Shown here piece after piece: positions 36,598 through 45,800 of a stretch of 64,000 nt of DNA. This DNA comes from an uncultured Methanoregula sp. (GTDB lineage Archaea; Halobacteriota; Methanomicrobia; Methanomicrobiales; Methanospirillaceae). Every line of letters begins with the position of its first letter. Position 1 is the stretch's first letter. The notes under the pieces were generated by a model. It saw only the letters and a list, made by a program, of their open reading frames with translations. It was not told the origin of the DNA and did not search any database. The stretch is from contig CAZQGG010000009.1 in NCBI GenBank assembly GCA_964592875.1, positions 2,514-66,513 on the forward strand, written 5' to 3'. The position numbers were made by a program, and so were the translations under genes.

Positions 36598-38466
36598 ATG
36601 CCATCTTCTGATGCTGTTATTCCGGTTGCTCTTGCCATGTATCATTCACCAAGACGGTATGCTTTACTAGTTGGATCTGGTATATCACGGGATACACGTA
36701 TTTTTACAGCTGGAGAAATTACCGATGATCTCATCCGAAAGATTGCTGGTAAAACTTTTAAAGGCAATCAGAAACCGCAAGATTGGTACAATGAAACCAA
36801 GGGTCACTCACCCACATTTACGGGGCTCCTTAAAGAATTTGCACACACTCCTGATGATCGCACAGCAATACTCCGTCCCTATTTCGAACCGATTGAGAAC
36901 GGAAAACCGGTGAAAGTTGAGCCAACACAAGCACATGTAAGCATTGCCCGTTTGGTGAGAGATGGCATTATCTCAATGATTCTTACGACAAATTTTGATC
37001 CTCTTCTCGAAGAAGCAATCAGAAAAGAAACTGGAAAAGCCCCTGTAGTCATTACGCGTGATAGTGATCCGCGATTAATGGAAATCGCAGGAGATCATTG
37101 TCGTATCGTGATGATAAATGGTCGATATCCTAATACAGATTTAAAATTGACCCCTGAGGACCTTGCGGAGTATGTTGACAAGGATGCTGAAATTGCAAGT
37201 TATCTTGATCGAATCTTTTCAGAATATGGGCTTCTCATCTGTGGATGGTCTGGGGAGCATGATTTGGGATTGGTAAAAATTTTAGTTGCCGAACGACCTA
37301 CCCGAAGATTTTCCATTTTCTGGTGTAACCGTGATAGTCCTGAAAAGATTCCGGTTGAGATAAGGTCCAAACTTGCCATATCAATTATCAGAATAGAATC
37401 TGCCAATGAATTTTTTAGCGATTTGGAATCTAGGATTGAACTTTTGAAACGCCATGAAAGAATTTCTCCGCTCACCGTGGAAAGCGCTGTCAAAAAGGTC
37501 AAGGAGGCTTTAAGAGAGCCAAGGCCAGAATTGACTCTTTCAGATCTTGTTCACGAAGAAACTGAACGTGTTTTAACAGAAATTAATCGTTCCGATATTT
37601 TTCCGGAAGGGAATATTGATGGGAAAGCTTGTTTTAAAAGCAGGATAGAAGAGTTAGAGCGTGTAGCCTCACCACTTGCGGCAATGGTAGCAACTATTGC
37701 GTACTACGATGATGGGAATTATACAGATTTGATTACAGAAACTATTGATCGGTTAATCAATCTCCCCGTTATTGGGATTATTTTAACTGAAACACATATT
37801 TCAAACAGACGCTCTGAAATAAACCAATACGTAGACTATTTCCAGCGCTTAAGGCTGTATCCAGCTCTACTCACAGTATATGCATCAGGTATTGCAGCAG
37901 TGCATAAAGGAAATTTTACTAATCTATCAGTAATTCTGGAAAAACCCCGAATGCGGCCGTCCGCCTATAATTCAATTGAACCTGTCGCTTTTTTCGAAAG
38001 AGTGAATATGTGGTACGTTACTGAGACTTATGAGCAATGGATAGTTGATTTTAGCCTCGAACGTTTTGGGAAACGCGGGGATGCTTATTATTATATTACT
38101 AAGGTAATCCAAGGAATTGTCAATCCTCTTATCCCTCATGAGCATTATTATAATGCATCATTTGATATTTTCGAATGCCTCTTTGGTATTTGTTATGTCT
38201 CACAATCACCTATTGATGATCTCAGACGTTCGTATGTTTTATTATCGAGAGTGAAGGTTCTGACAGCAGGATTAGATCAGACAAGGCAAATGCGATTGCC
38301 CTCATCGGTTCTTGAATATTTCCAAGGAATCTCCCCAAAGATATCAAAATCTACGTTCTTTGGGGGAAGTCCTATACAATTCCAAAAGACTCTTGTAAAA
38401 TATTCTGAAAATCAAGGCATTACACCTCCTGAAACGGGAATTTCAGTTCCTAAGGGGGTACTATGA
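36598..38466 (+). CDS. SIR2-like (SIR2_2) domain protein, AT-rich, candidate defence effector
   Basis: YALLVGSGIS, EPTQAHVSIARLV, ILTTNFDPLLEEA, GLLICGWSG; long helical C-terminal region. Confidence 0.85.
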   Translation: MPSSDAVIPVALAMYHSPRRYALLVGSGISRDTRIFTAGEITDDLIRKIAGKTFKGNQKPQDWYNETKGHSPTFTGLLKEFAHTPDDRTAILRPYFEPIENGKPVKVEPTQAHVSIARLVRDGIISMILTTNFDPLLEEAIRKETGKAPVVITRDSDPRLMEIAGDHCRIVMINGRYPNTDLKLTPEDLAEYVDKDAEIASYLDRIFSEYGLLICGWSGEHDLGLVKILVAERPTRRFSIFWCNRDSPEKIPVEIRSKLAISIIRIESANEFFSDLESRIELLKRHERISPLTVESAVKKVKEALREPRPELTLSDLVHEETERVLTEINRSDIFPEGNIDGKACFKSRIEELERVASPLAAMVATIAYYDDGNYTDLITETIDRLINLPVIGIILTETHISNRRSEINQYVDYFQRLRLYPALLTVYASGIAAVHKGNFTNLSVILEKPRMRPSAYNSIEPVAFFERVNMWYVTETYEQWIVDFSLERFGKRGDAYYYITKVIQGIVNPLIPHEHYYNASFDIFECLFGICYVSQSPIDDLRRSYVLLSRVKVLTAGLDQTRQMRLPSSVLEYFQGISPKISKSTFFGGSPIQFQKTLVKYSENQGITPPETGISVPKGVL

Positions 38467-38538
38467 GAAGTGTCAAATCCGCGGAATTATGACATTGCTA
38501 TGTCGGGATTGATTTTAATTATAATCTCTTTTGTCTTT

Positions 38539-38560
38539 TCACAGTCAACAATGTGTTATT
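38539..38560 (+). repeat. 22-bp boundary site TCACAGTCAACAATGTGTTATT
   Basis: 21/22 identical to the reverse complement of 28305-28326. Confidence 0.85.
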
Positions 38561-38568
38561 AAAAAAAT

Positions 38569-40236
38569 TTACCGGTCCCTCCGGAACTTCAAAAAGATCA
38601 CGTGATAGATCGCATAGAACCCGCAGAGCACGGCCGCGGTGTACCCGGCAATCGCCAGCCACGTGATCTGGGGCGGCAGCGTGATCGCGGAGACCTGCAG
38701 TACGAGCGACGACCCGACCACGAGCGAGGCAACCACGATCCCCATCATCATCTTGTCGGCCGCCGAATCCAGCGCCATCGTCAGTTTCTGGAGATCGTTC
38801 TCCACGATCTCCAGCTTGAAGGACCCGGTCGAGAGCCGGCGCAGCATCAGGTTGAGATTCCGCGGCATATCTAAGAGGGCATCCGCACCCTCAAGGAGTG
38901 CCATCGAAGCCCGCTTGACATAGCCCGCGGAGAACGTGTTGGTATCCGCGAGTTTGGTTAAGTACGGCGTCACTTCCTCGCCGAAATTGAACTTCGGATC
39001 GAGCCGGACACCAACATCGAGCACCATCATGAAGACTTTTAAGAGCAGCATCAGGTTCAGCGGCACCTTCAGGTTATAGCGCCGCATCGAGTCCGTGAGC
39101 TCGGAGACCACGAGCCCGAAATCCATCTGCGCAACCCCGCCTCCGCCTCCCGAGAAGTCGTGCATCATGACGTACAGGTCGTCCCTGAGCGCCTCGCGAT
39201 CCTCTTCCTTGATCTCGATGCCAAAGCCCTCGAGCGAGCGGATCATCAGCTCGATGTTGTCCGTGGAGAGCGCAAAGAGCAGGTTGATGAAGTTCTGGCG
39301 CTTCTCAGGCCTGAGGATGCCCACGATGCCAAAGTCTAAAAAGACGATGTCGCCTTCTTTTGTCACGAGCAGGTTGCCCGGGTGCGGGTCGCCGTGGAAG
39401 AACCCGTCCTCGAAGATCATCTTGAGATACGCGTGGAACCCGCGGATACCAATCGCGTGCGGTTCGACCCCCATCTCCGTGATCGCTTCGACCGCATCGA
39501 TCCGGACCCCCTCGACAAATTCCATGACCAGGAAGTGGGGGGTCGTGTACTCCCAGTAGATCTTCGGGAAGCGGATGCCCGGGACGTTCTGGAAGTTTCT
39601 CGCCATGCGGTCAGCGTTCCGGGCTTCACGGGTGAAGTCGAGCTCTTTTAGGATCTGGTGGGCGAAATCGTCCACCATGCCGGCCGGGTTGTAGATCCGG
39701 CTCTCGGGAAACATCGTCTCGATGCGCTCGGCCATGGACTGGAGGATGCCGATATCCAGCTCGATGATCTCAGGAATGCCCGGGCGCTGGATCTTGAGGG
39801 CAACCTTGGTCCCGTCCTTGAGGTAGGCCCGGTGCACCTGGCCGATCGATGCGGCTGCAACGGGCGTCTCCTCGATATCGCAGATGAAATCTTCCCAGTT
39901 CGGACAGTTCTCTTCGATCACCGCCATGACTTCTGAGAAGGGGACAGGTTTGGCATGGTCCTGTAATTTTTTGAGCTGCTCGATCATCTCGGGCGGCAAA
40001 AGTTCGGTCCTTGTACTCGCGATCTGCCCGAACTTCACAAAGGTGGGCCCGAGTTCCTCCATCGCGAGCCGTATCCGTTCGTAGGTGCTGGCACCTTCCG
40101 CGGCCTGACCAGAGCCGGGAAGTTTGAACCGTACCGATCCGGGAAAGAGCTTCTCAAGGCCTATACTCAATCCATACTTGCTCAGGATGTCCAGAATCTG
40201 AGCGTACCGCACGATACGGGTGACCATGGGGTACAT
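38569..40236 (-). CDS. ABC1/AarF/UbiB-family atypical kinase
   Basis: LGPTFVKFGQ, AAASIGQVHRA, VALKIQRP, FFHGDPHPGN, DFGIVG. Confidence 0.95.
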   Translation of the reverse strand: MYPMVTRIVRYAQILDILSKYGLSIGLEKLFPGSVRFKLPGSGQAAEGASTYERIRLAMEELGPTFVKFGQIASTRTELLPPEMIEQLKKLQDHAKPVPFSEVMAVIEENCPNWEDFICDIEETPVAAASIGQVHRAYLKDGTKVALKIQRPGIPEIIELDIGILQSMAERIETMFPESRIYNPAGMVDDFAHQILKELDFTREARNADRMARNFQNVPGIRFPKIYWEYTTPHFLVMEFVEGVRIDAVEAITEMGVEPHAIGIRGFHAYLKMIFEDGFFHGDPHPGNLLVTKEGDIVFLDFGIVGILRPEKRQNFINLLFALSTDNIELMIRSLEGFGIEIKEEDREALRDDLYVMMHDFSGGGGGVAQMDFGLVVSELTDSMRRYNLKVPLNLMLLLKVFMMVLDVGVRLDPKFNFGEEVTPYLTKLADTNTFSAGYVKRASMALLEGADALLDMPRNLNLMLRRLSTGSFKLEIVENDLQKLTMALDSAADKMMMGIVVASLVVGSSLVLQVSAITLPPQITWLAIAGYTAAVLCGFYAIYHVIFLKFRRDR

Positions 40237-40312
40237 TTTGTTGTGGGGATACTTAATGCGTGCTTTTTACCCGTGACCCGTCAGCCGGGGAATATCAAAA
40301 GAGCGTGCGAGA

Positions 40313-40786
40313 TCAGGGTACGATGCTGCCGGGGTCATCGTCCAGGTTCACGCTGAGGCTGAAGGCCGGGGGGATCGCGGTGACCGATGCATTGCTGCTG
40401 CCAGAGGTTTCGGCAACGGGAATCACCGAACAGCAGCTGAACGTGTCGGATGCGGCAAGCCACGGGCCGGTGCACGTATACCCGGGCGTTACAATGGTCC
40501 CGCCAATCTGCGTGCAGGTGCCGGACGAGACCGCAAGGGTGCCCGGGGAGGTGGCCGGGGAGATTGTTGCGGGAACAGAAGTTTTCGCAAGGGCCGGTGT
40601 CGGCGTGACCACCGGGGTCTTGGCCACGGTGGTTTTTACTACGTGGGGAATGGTGGTTGGCCGGGTGACCACCGGGTATTTCTTGCCGTCTTCGGGTCCC
40701 GGGACCGTGAGGCAGCCGGCAACGAGGGGCGTAAGTACGAGCAGGAGTACGGCAACGAGGGCAAATGCGGAGATCTTCATCTTCAT
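40313..40786 (-). CDS. Lipoprotein-like secreted protein with Thr/Pro linker and small Cys-rich domain
   Basis: LVAGC lipobox; CTQIGG...C...SCCS; ATGA overlap with the upstream gene. Confidence 0.7.
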   Translation of the reverse strand: MKMKISAFALVAVLLLVLTPLVAGCLTVPGPEDGKKYPVVTRPTTIPHVVKTTVAKTPVVTPTPALAKTSVPATISPATSPGTLAVSSGTCTQIGGTIVTPGYTCTGPWLAASDTFSCCSVIPVAETSGSSNASVTAIPPAFSLSVNLDDDPGSIVP

Positions 40787-41898
40787 AACGCAGCCCCCAT
40801 CTCGCCTGCGGCATCATCCAGCCGGAGCGCCATGGTGTTCAGTTCCGTTGAGAGATTGCCGGGGAGGGCGGCGCTGTTCCGGATATCCCGGTACGCAAGT
40901 GCCAGGTCCGTGAAATCTTTCTGGACAAGGCGCAGCGGGACCTTTGTTGCTTCGAGATTACCGGAGCCAAGCAGTACCCGTGCCGTATTCAGATCGGTCT
41001 TGGTTTTGGCGAGCACGGGTTCCGCGTCACCGATGTCGAGGATGACCGGGATGAGCGCGACATTGATCCGGTCGGCTTCGGCCACCACCCGGTCGCCCTG
41101 CTGGATGAAATGATTCCACCGCCCGCTGTCCGGGACCTGCGTATCAAGGGCAAGGAGTTGATCGATGAACGCTTCCGAGAGCGGGACCGTTGCCAGATTC
41201 ACCGATTCGATCGCGGGGTCCGATCGTGCGTTGAGCGCTGATGCCACATCGGGACGTTTTGATGAGAAGACATCGAGCGCCCGTTGCGCGGGGGTGATGT
41301 CATAGCCCTGTGCCTTCTTTGAGTCCAGAGTCTGCTGTCCTTCCAGGACCCAGGTATCGAAATCCGCCAGCTGGTTTGCTTTACGGACAGTCCAGTACGC
41401 ATCTTTCTTTGCCTGGATGTACGGGTTGTTGAGTTTGGCAGCCGCAATATCGCGGTTGAGATCCGCCCATGTGCCCTGTTTGGTGGAGATGATGGTATCG
41501 AGTTCTGTCCGGAACTGCGCAGTCGTGTTGCGCATCTCCGCGATCAGGGTGTTGAGATCGGCCCGCGTTGCCGCAGACGGGATCCGTGCCTCTTCAGCCC
41601 GGAATTCGGAGAGCAGGTGGTTGAGCCCGGAGGTATCGGTACCATAGAGCGTCTCGCAGTACGGGATCGCTGCGGTCATCTCCACGTCCCGGTCAAGGGC
41701 AGTCCAGGCAAGGTGGGCCTGTCGGATCTCAACCGTATGCTGGAGGGTTGTCGTCTCATCGGCGGCGACCGGCAGGCAGATGACAGCTGCAAGGACAAGA
41801 ATCGCACACGCGATCAGGAACGGGAATTTCCGGCATTGCAGGCGACCACCGGTACTGCTTCGAGCGGGCCGGTCCTGCACCCGGGGTTGTCCTGACAT
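40783..41898 (-). CDS. Secreted alpha-helical hypothetical protein
   Basis: Signal peptide FLIACAILVLAAVICLPVAA; amphipathic helical repeats; start uncertain. Confidence 0.7.
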   Translation of the reverse strand: MSGQPRVQDRPARSSTGGRLQCRKFPFLIACAILVLAAVICLPVAADETTTLQHTVEIRQAHLAWTALDRDVEMTAAIPYCETLYGTDTSGLNHLLSEFRAEEARIPSAATRADLNTLIAEMRNTTAQFRTELDTIISTKQGTWADLNRDIAAAKLNNPYIQAKKDAYWTVRKANQLADFDTWVLEGQQTLDSKKAQGYDITPAQRALDVFSSKRPDVASALNARSDPAIESVNLATVPLSEAFIDQLLALDTQVPDSGRWNHFIQQGDRVVAEADRINVALIPVILDIGDAEPVLAKTKTDLNTARVLLGSGNLEATKVPLRLVQKDFTDLALAYRDIRNSAALPGNLSTELNTMALRLDDAAGEMGAAL

Positions 41899-41989
41899 TT
41901 CAGACAGAAGATATGATTGTTCACCTATCAAAATTTGCCGCTTCCGTGTGCAGATGAAGCGGGGCGGGTCTGCGCCCGGAAAAAATGTA

Positions 41990-43234
41990 TCAAAATTTCC
42001 GGAACACGACAATCCGGTTGGTATTGGTCCCGCCGGTATTGTTGTTGACGCCCCAGATGTTGGAGGTCTTGGTGAAGTCCTGCTGGTTGATCATGATGCA
42101 GGTGCACGAGAAACCGGCCTCTGTGCCAAGGGGGACAACCTGCTCTTCGAGCCGGATCGTCCGCTTGCGCACCTCCCCGACTTCGAATGCCACGTACCCG
42201 CCCGGCCGGGTGATCCGGTAGAGTTCAGAGAAGACGTTCCCCATCACCGCGGTCCAGTCTTCAAGCGTCCGGGCCATGGTGATCGTCTTTCCAATCGCTT
42301 GTTCATCCAGACCATTGAACCAGCACCGGAGCCAGTTGTCATCCCGGTACTGCACGATATCCAGGAACGGGGGCGATGTCACGGTGAGCTGGACTGAGGC
42401 ATCCGGGATTCCAGAAGTTTTTCGGGCATCGCCCGAGATGAACACGGCATTCTCACCGGCCCTTGCGAGATTGCAATGCTCATCATCGGTCAATGTGCGA
42501 AGCAGGCTCTTCGTCTTCCGGGCAATGACCGCCCGGGTATCCCGGTACTCCGGGACCTGACTGCGCTTCTCATTGATCTTCCGCTGGCTCTGCTGCGAGA
42601 CCGCCTGGTTGGGGGGAAGCGTATACACGGAGAAGAATCCTTTCGAGTGGCCGGTGAGGCGGTTCGTTGCCACCATCGCGATCCAGCGATCGATAGCATC
42701 ATCGGTGCCATCCTCCCGCTTCTCCCGCAGGTACTCCCGCAGCGCCACGATCTCCTGCTCGGTCGTTGGATGATAAAACATCGAGAGATCGATATCCGCA
42801 CGGTTGCCCTCCAGCGGAATTGCCTTGAGCCGCGTCTCAACGGCGGCCATCGCCGGGGGGGTGAGGCGCGGTTCCGAGAGGATCCGTGAGAGCGGGTTGG
42901 CATCGTTCGCGATCACGTTTCTTCCGAGCAGGCCGGCTTCGAGAATCGTGGTTCCCCGCCCGCTGAAGGGATCGTAGACCACATCCTCTTCCTTTGTCAG
43001 GAGGCTGATGAAGAAGCGGGGCAGCTCCGGCTTGAAACACGCCCGGTACGAGACCTCGTGAATCGATCCTCCCTGCCGCTGCCGGGAGGTCCAGAACTCT
43101 CCTGTGTACTTCCTGACTTTTTCGTCCCCGATGGTGACAAGCCCGCTCTGCACCGGGATGCCCGCGGGGGACCGGCAGGTACGCAGGAACTCTGTCAGCA
43201 TATCGCCAGAAGATTTGCGGGAACCAGCTGCCAT
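41990..43234 (-). CDS. Site-specific DNA methyltransferase (N4-C/N6-A type), orphan
   Basis: YRACFKP, motif I YDPFSGRGTT, motif IV VTSPPF. Confidence 0.85.
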   Translation of the reverse strand: MAAGSRKSSGDMLTEFLRTCRSPAGIPVQSGLVTIGDEKVRKYTGEFWTSRQRQGGSIHEVSYRACFKPELPRFFISLLTKEEDVVYDPFSGRGTTILEAGLLGRNVIANDANPLSRILSEPRLTPPAMAAVETRLKAIPLEGNRADIDLSMFYHPTTEQEIVALREYLREKREDGTDDAIDRWIAMVATNRLTGHSKGFFSVYTLPPNQAVSQQSQRKINEKRSQVPEYRDTRAVIARKTKSLLRTLTDDEHCNLARAGENAVFISGDARKTSGIPDASVQLTVTSPPFLDIVQYRDDNWLRCWFNGLDEQAIGKTITMARTLEDWTAVMGNVFSELYRITRPGGYVAFEVGEVRKRTIRLEEQVVPLGTEAGFSCTCIMINQQDFTKTSNIWGVNNNTGGTNTNRIVVFRKF

Positions 43235-43306
43235 CTCGTAAAAAGAGCTTGGTGAGGCAAGGGTATAATGCTGCCCGGTTGGATGTGCCCGCACCGATCC
43301 GGCCGA

Positions 43307-43843
43307 TCAGGAGGTGTGGGCGCCGACCCGGTCGAACGCCAGCGGGTAGTGGACCGTGCCGGAGACCCCGTCCAGTGCACCCTCTTCCAGGCCGAGTGCC
43401 ATGAACGCGTCATCCGGGCAGGGGAAGGGGGCGTGGATGCCCCAGTCGCAGGCTTTGGTGAACCCGAACCGGGGATAATAACCGGGATGGCCGACCACGA
43501 TCACGATCTGCTGGCCTAACCGCCGGCATTCATCGAGGCCTTCCTGGACGAGCGCAGCACCGATGCCCCGGCACTGGTAATCCTGGTGAACGGCGAGCGG
43601 GGCAAGCGCTGTTGCGGGAACCATGGCGTCTTCAGAATTAATAGAGATCGGGCAGAAGAGAATGTGGCCGATGATGGTGTTGTCATGCACGGCAACAAGG
43701 GAGAGATTGGGATTGATTTTTCCGTCTTCGCGCAGGGCATTGACGAGCCGGGCCTCGCCATCCTGGGCAAACGCCTGGCAATGCACGTCGAAGATCGCAC
43801 GAACCTCACCGGGAGATTCCGGGCGGATAAAAAATGAATCCAT
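43307..43843 (-). CDS. GNAT acetyltransferase (YhbS-like)
   Basis: LAPLAVHQDYQCRGIGAAL, VVGHPGYYPRFGF. Confidence 0.92.
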   Translation of the reverse strand: MDSFFIRPESPGEVRAIFDVHCQAFAQDGEARLVNALREDGKINPNLSLVAVHDNTIIGHILFCPISINSEDAMVPATALAPLAVHQDYQCRGIGAALVQEGLDECRRLGQQIVIVVGHPGYYPRFGFTKACDWGIHAPFPCPDDAFMALGLEEGALDGVSGTVHYPLAFDRVGAHTS

Positions 43844-43934
43844 CTCTACATGTTGGATGCGGGATCAGATAAGGGAATGTGCCGTGCCATCCGGCCGGCA
43901 TCCGGCCCGGGGGGAGCCGATCCCGACAGGAGTG

Positions 43935-44312
43935 TTATAAAAACGCCTCGTCAATTATCCCGAACAGATCTTCCCGTGAAAAGGGTTTCGTGAGACTGTT
44001 CCGCAGGGTCCCGGATGGCGGGATCAGCTCCTTATCCACATTCCCGGAGATGAAGATGATGGGAAGCGTGAACCGTTCCCGGATCCACCGGGCGGCTTCC
44101 AGCCCGTCCATCTTCCCGTCAAGCCGGATGTCCATAAGGATGAGATCGGGGAGGGGGGCATGATCCAGGTATGCGATCACTTCCTCGCCGGACGCAAAGA
44201 TTTCGGGCACCTCGAACCCCCGGCTCTCCAGCATTTCCTGCATGTGCATGGCGATCAGCCCGTCATCTTCGACAACAAGGATCTGCCGGGGCCTGCCGGG
44301 GGGCAGGGTCAT
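43935..44312 (-). CDS. Single-domain response regulator receiver
   Basis: ILVVEDD, PDLILMDI, PIIFISG, KPF. Confidence 0.93.
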   Translation of the reverse strand: MTLPPGRPRQILVVEDDGLIAMHMQEMLESRGFEVPEIFASGEEVIAYLDHAPLPDLILMDIRLDGKMDGLEAARWIRERFTLPIIFISGNVDKELIPPSGTLRNSLTKPFSREDLFGIIDEAFL

Positions 44313-45775
44313 TCCGAGGACACCCGGGGGTTCACGAACCGGAACGAGAACCCGGTTCCATCCGTATCGCGGATCTCTGTCTCCGCACGGAGCTGGTGCT
44401 TTGCAAGGAATTTCACCAGACTCAGGCCAAGGGATTTCGCATCGCGGGGATTTACCTCCCCCGGCATACCGATCCCATTATCGCTGACCGAGAGGGTGCA
44501 GATCCCCTCCACCTCCTGAAGGCTGACGTTGATCGTGCAGGGCCGGCCCCGCACCTTCATGCAGTCAAACGTGGCCGGGAACGCATACTTGAAGGAGTTC
44601 GTGATCAGCTCGTTGATGATCAGGCCGCAGGGTGTGGCACGGGCAATATCGAGCACCACACCACCGGCATCGACCTTGACCTGCACGGAGTCCGCCATGC
44701 TGTACGACGTTGCGATCTGCCCGACCAGCGTGGTCAGGTACACATCCATGTCCACGCTCGAGAATTTCTTGGTCCGGTACAGGGTCTCGTGGATCAGCGC
44801 CATGCTCTGGGCCCGGTTTATGAGATCGGTTTTGAGGCGCTGTCCTTCGGGAGTGTCTTCATGGCTGCCCTTGAGGCTCAAAAGCGAAATGAATGCACTC
44901 AGGTTATTCTTGACCCGGTGGTTGACTTCATCGAGCAGCGCCTCCGTCTCAGCCAGGGACTGTTCCAGGGTATCCTGCTTACACCGCAGGTCTACGCCTG
45001 CCTCTTCCAGTTTCCGGTTCAGGGAGGTGAGTTCTTCGTTCCGGCTGATGATGTCCCGCTCGGCACTCCTCTGATCGGTGATATCGATGAGAGCGGCACG
45101 GCAGGCCAGGGTTTTCTCCGGCTTCTGTTCGGTAAGGATACCCTCGATACGGACGATGGCGAGTGACTGCCCGTCCCGTTCGAGCTGCACCTCGCACTTC
45201 GTCTTTATCCCGTTCCGGAAGACCCGCAGGAGAAAATCATTGAATACGGGAATGTCCCGCTGGGCGATGAAGAGCTGGAACCGGGAGTTGACGATCCGGT
45301 TGCGTGGCTCGCCTACCATCTCCGCCCCGGCGAGATTGATATCGGCGACCTGCCCCTGGATGGTAAAGCCGGCATATCCGATCGGCGCGAGATCGTAGAG
45401 GGCGAAATATTTCGCCTGCATCCGCTCTGCCTCGTCCCGGGCCTCCATCAGTTCCTGGTTCTGGAGCTCAAGCTCCACCTGGTGGACCGAGAGCTCATGG
45501 AGCAGTGTCTTTGCATCGATCGATGCCTGGTCTTCCGTCCCCGTACTGCCCCTTTTGAGGAACGTCTCGGCCTTCTTCCGAAGCTCGAGGGAGTTGCCGG
45601 TGATACTTCCCTTCTTCACCGGGCCATGGTTACTATCCTGCGTATAATCCCCCCTTATACGTTTCCTGATATTTGCAAAAATCCGACCTTCTGTCGAGAA
45701 CTCTCTTTCTCCAAACAATATACTTTGTGTTCGTACCAAGTGGGTACGCAGGATGAGAGAGGGAGGTCCATGCAA
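44309..45775 (-). CDS. PAS-domain histidine kinase (HisKA_2 type)
   Basis: LYDLAPIGY (PAS), EVNHRVKNNL, NELITNSFKYAF, SDNGIG, SLGLSLV; true start probably downstream of the ORF start. Confidence 0.9.
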   Translation of the reverse strand: MHGPPSLILRTHLVRTQSILFGEREFSTEGRIFANIRKRIRGDYTQDSNHGPVKKGSITGNSLELRKKAETFLKRGSTGTEDQASIDAKTLLHELSVHQVELELQNQELMEARDEAERMQAKYFALYDLAPIGYAGFTIQGQVADINLAGAEMVGEPRNRIVNSRFQLFIAQRDIPVFNDFLLRVFRNGIKTKCEVQLERDGQSLAIVRIEGILTEQKPEKTLACRAALIDITDQRSAERDIISRNEELTSLNRKLEEAGVDLRCKQDTLEQSLAETEALLDEVNHRVKNNLSAFISLLSLKGSHEDTPEGQRLKTDLINRAQSMALIHETLYRTKKFSSVDMDVYLTTLVGQIATSYSMADSVQVKVDAGGVVLDIARATPCGLIINELITNSFKYAFPATFDCMKVRGRPCTINVSLQEVEGICTLSVSDNGIGMPGEVNPRDAKSLGLSLVKFLAKHQLRAETEIRDTDGTGFSFRFVNPRVSSE

Positions 45776-45800
45776 GGGAGCGGGGCGGATCCCTGCCCCA

